Below are positions 60,625 to 64,000 of a DNA stretch of 64,000 bases, in pieces. Under the pieces are notes generated by a model. The model made no database searches. It saw only the letters and a program-made list of their open reading frames with translations, and was not told the DNA's origin. The first letter of the stretch is position 1; every line of letters starts with the position of its first letter. Source of the stretch: Asterias rubens. Taxonomy: Eukaryota. The stretch is taken from NCBI RefSeq assembly GCF_902459465.1, contig NC_047065.1, positions 21,080,001 to 21,144,000 of the forward strand. The letters run 5' to 3'. The translations under genes were made by a program, and so were the position numbers.

Positions 60625-60991
60625 AGGGAAGGTACATGTTTGGTAATTGTCAAAGATTAATCTTCTCACTTGGTGTATCCCAACATAAGCATAAAATAAC
60701 AAGCCTTTTAAAATTTGAGCCTAACTGGTCATCAAAGTTGCGAGAAAATTATGAGGGAAGAACACCCTTGTTGGACGAATTTGTGTGCTTTCAGATAGGA
60801 ATAAAAAACTTCTGGCTAGAAGTCTTTTATTATTTTAGTGAGAACTTACCTCTTTCTCAAATTCAATGCTACTTCAGAGGGAGCTGTTTATCGCAATGTT
60901 TTATACTATCAACAGCTCTCCAATGCTCGTTACCAAGTCAGTTTTTAAGTTAATATTTGTTTTGAGTAATTACCAAACGCATACCTTCCCT
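60625..60991 (-). mobile_element. Kolobok-like MITE, family C-related subfamily with different TIR tips
   Basis: TTCA|AGGGAAGGTACATGTTTGGTAATT ... AATTACCAAACGCATACCTTCCCT|TTAA; internal sequence homologous to family C. Confidence 0.8.
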
Positions 60992-63172
60992 TTAATAGTG
61001 AGAATACTTCAGGAATCTGATTCTAGAACTTTGAGTGACACAGCAATACACAGGCTCTTATCTAATTTTCATGTAAAAATATATAAAGGCTTCTTTATTA
61101 ATGGTTAAAGAAACAATAGAAGTTTTATTAAGTGCTTCATTCTGTATGCAGTACAGTTGTTGTGCACCATATGGTGCTTTCCAAAGTGAAATAAAAACTA
61201 GGTTTTTTGTCTGCTCAATTGAAACAAATTCATTCAGTCTCTTCCTTGATTCATTTATATAATCTGGAAACCAAGTTACAGAGATGAAGTCAAAGGAACT
61301 TAACATTTTTCGATCAGACAATAGGTTATCTTCTTGCAAGTATAATATTTAATTAGCGCGGTATTCATTAATCTCATTGCCTGCCTCGCAGAGCTTAATC
61401 TTTTGCCGATATCTCCCACGTCATAATTTTGTCATTTGTCGCATGAACACGGTCATGTGGCCGTCATCATATCTCACACACACACACGGCACACTCGAAT
61501 AACCCTTCATATATATTCGCATCTCCTATGACTAGTAATTGTCTAAATGGCTGTGTCCTAATTCTGAATGTAGGTTATTTTATGCAGGCACAGGTATTGC
61601 CTGATGTATTTAATGCAATTAAGGGTTCGATGGTCCAGTCACACGGCACCGTGTAAACTCCAAAGATGAGCGGCGCACGAGATGGGTCTTCATCCCACTG
61701 CATGCTGATGAGGGTCGGACCAGTGTTTGTCTACGCCAGAGCTTGAGACTCTCCAAGATGCTTGATGGAGACGGGGAGAACCACTTAGATTGTGTTTCAT
61801 TAAAAAGTCAAGATATTTCCCTCCCGAATATTACATCTAAGAAGTGTGTATGTCCCTTAATTTATGACATATTGAGAGATCGTGAACTGTTCAATAACCT
61901 AGCTATTATATGGATTGATGTGACATACCTAGCAACTTCTTTTTCTCTTCCCACTCTGATTTTTGGGGGATGGAGATCTTTTACCTTGGTCTTATTAGTC
62001 ACATTTTATCCAATTTCGTTGGCAATCCGTTAAATAGGTTAAGTATCAATAACGGATACTCTGTAAAGATATAACTATTATGCATGCTTCTGAGGAGCTG
62101 TCATGGTCTAATTGCTAGACTGAGGAATAATCCTTTAAAGGGAAGATTTTAGCCAAAGATGTTTTGAAGAAGAGGACAGAGATGCTGGTGATTACTTGGG
62201 GCAAAATAGCTACGAAAAGAAAACCTTAGAAGTACCATTTTAGTAGGCTTACTGAGAACCTGTGTTCACCTTACATATTGTAGTTATAAACATTGTAGTT
62301 TATTAACAGGGGTGAGAGTCATTACGGAAAAGTCTGAAACTTGGATACAAATTCAAAGGTACGTTGAAATGATGCCATTTCTACTGTTTGGTAACGGTGG
62401 GGTTATAGATTTCAAGGAGCTTTTGAAAACAGTATCCAAAGCACTAGAGAAGTAGACCACAGAGCAGGATTTCTTTATTTATGAAAAAAAAATATTGTCT
62501 GATTTTCTTCACCAGGCCGACGACATAAAAAGTCTGAATTCAGCCAAAAGTCTGCACAATCTCATCCCTGCAGTTACCCTTGTCTGGTATTCACAGTGTC
62601 AAATCACACAAAGAAAAAAAAACAGGCATTTAAAATGTATAACTTCTAAGGCCAAGACCATTTTCATTCTGCAGAGGGCACTCACTGGTGGGTGTAATTT
62701 GTAGGGGCACCAAGGCCATGACCCGGGGCAATAGTGGCCTATATAATTCATGTCCTAGTTTGGATATATAAGTTGATCCATCAGTGGACCTCCTTTGTCC
62801 CATGGCAGCAATACTTGATGTTGTTGGGGATTTGTTTCATCTATATATCTAGGAAACTACAGGGGCTGAGTGTTATAGACAATATGGGTTCACATTCTGT
62901 TTTTGACATCCCTGTGGAGACATATTTTGTTGCGTTTACCTTTGTTCAATGCATTTTACATCCTCCTATAAAATTTCTACACGAACTTCCTTGTGGAGCA
63001 CCCAAGTCTTGAGAATTCCTCTTTGGAAACCTTTTGTTTTTCCTTTTGTGTTTCGTTCCATCTCAGGTTGCAACTTTAAAAACATTAACAACAAAATGTT
63101 CCCTCATGTAATTGTGTATTAAGCCAAACTATGCTTTGCAGAGCAGGATAGAAACTGATGGTCACACTTAAT

Positions 63173-63314
63173 AGGAGACTTTCCAACGCTAGGTGGCAGC
63201 AGACATACCGGGTAAATTTCCATTGTTTACGTAGTTCTGAACATGCGCATACTTCTGAGAACAATGGATTTACCCGGTAAGTCTGCTGCCCTCTATCGTC
63301 CAAGAAAGTCTCCC
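63173..63314. mobile_element. Palindromic MITE with AT flanks (fragment also at ~51270-51305)
   Basis: GGAGACTTT..GGTGGCAGCAGACATACCGGGTAAAT ... ATTTACCCGGTAAGTCTGCTGCCCTC..AAAGTCTCCC. Confidence 0.78.
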
Positions 63315-63534
63315 ATTGTTTGCACACCTGAGATGCAGATTATTTTCAAGCCGGACCTCAGATTATAAGGCCGGCTAATCCTGCGGTTCTGCTTGATTCT
63401 GATGAAAACAAATGTTGTGATGGTTGAAACGTCTTTTCCAGGATACATTATACATTAAAAATGAGTCAGTGTACCAGACAGTAGTCAGTGAAAGTCCTGT
63501 ACAAGTTGAGGCAGTTCAGATTGATTGGATTCTC

Positions 63535-63730
63535 CTTGTGGCTCTGGCTTGCGGCTTTGGCTTGTGGCTCTGGCTTGCGGCTTAGGCTTGTGGCTGTTTG
63601 CTTGGGGCTTAGGCTTGCGGCTTTTGGCTTTGACTTGCGGCTTTGGCTTGCAACTTTTGGCTTGGGGCTTTTGCTTGGGGCTTTTTGCTTGGGGCTTTGG
63701 TTTGCGGCTGTGGCTTGCAGCTTTGGTTTT
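63535..63730 (+). repeat. Low-complexity (GGCTTK)n tract related to the 46-kb minisatellite; another copy appears to start at ~63981
   Basis: Repeated GGCTTG/GGCTTT/GCGGCT hexamers. Confidence 0.8.
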
Positions 63731-64000
63731 GGGATCCTTAGGTTGTTTTAAACGTGAGGTAATTTTAGAGATGTAATTACCTCAATATGTTAACCCTACC
63801 AGAGTCATTGCTAGGGTCTAAACTCGGAGGGCAATCCTGTTTTTTTAATTTAAGAAAGTCTTTATTGTCACATCATCATTGGCTTTCAATTTCTATGATA
63901 GTTGGTATACTTCAACCATTTGAACTTTCTCTATAATGATTGAGTACTAAACTGAAAAGGTATTACTAAAGTTAGTCACAGGTTGTGGCTATGGCTATGT

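Overview
This is AT-rich, intron-rich animal DNA, not prokaryotic. The ApeC gene and the repeat landscape suggest a marine invertebrate, probably an echinoderm such as a sea star (inference). The window has two host genes on the + strand. (1) The last two coding exons of an apextrin/ApeC-domain gene lie at about 1-288 and 593-984. (2) A coiled-coil protein gene of about 396 aa, which I do not recognise, can be assembled by hand from five exons joined by phase-0 GT-AG introns: 4428-4574, 6337-6471, 28594-28656, 54060-54149 and 57389-58144. Two of its introns are 22 kb and 25 kb long, and the second contains a 198-N assembly gap. The introns hold several families of non-autonomous DNA transposons: TTAA-flanked Kolobok-like, CWG/TWA/AT-flanked Harbinger-group, and 6-bp and 9-bp TSD elements. 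They also hold tRNA-derived SINEs, an RTE LINE remnant, tandem arrays, a degenerate telomere-like block and TE-poor enhancer-like blocks. The most notable observation is a 1.2-kb Kolobok-like element in intron 3 that keeps only a sense-strand THAP exon. Its phase-0 splice donor is frame-compatible with host exon 4, so a THAP-coiled-coil fusion protein is possible. No CRISPR, rRNA or intact tRNA was found. Everything was read by eye with no database searches, and repeat boundaries without a stated TSD are approximate.
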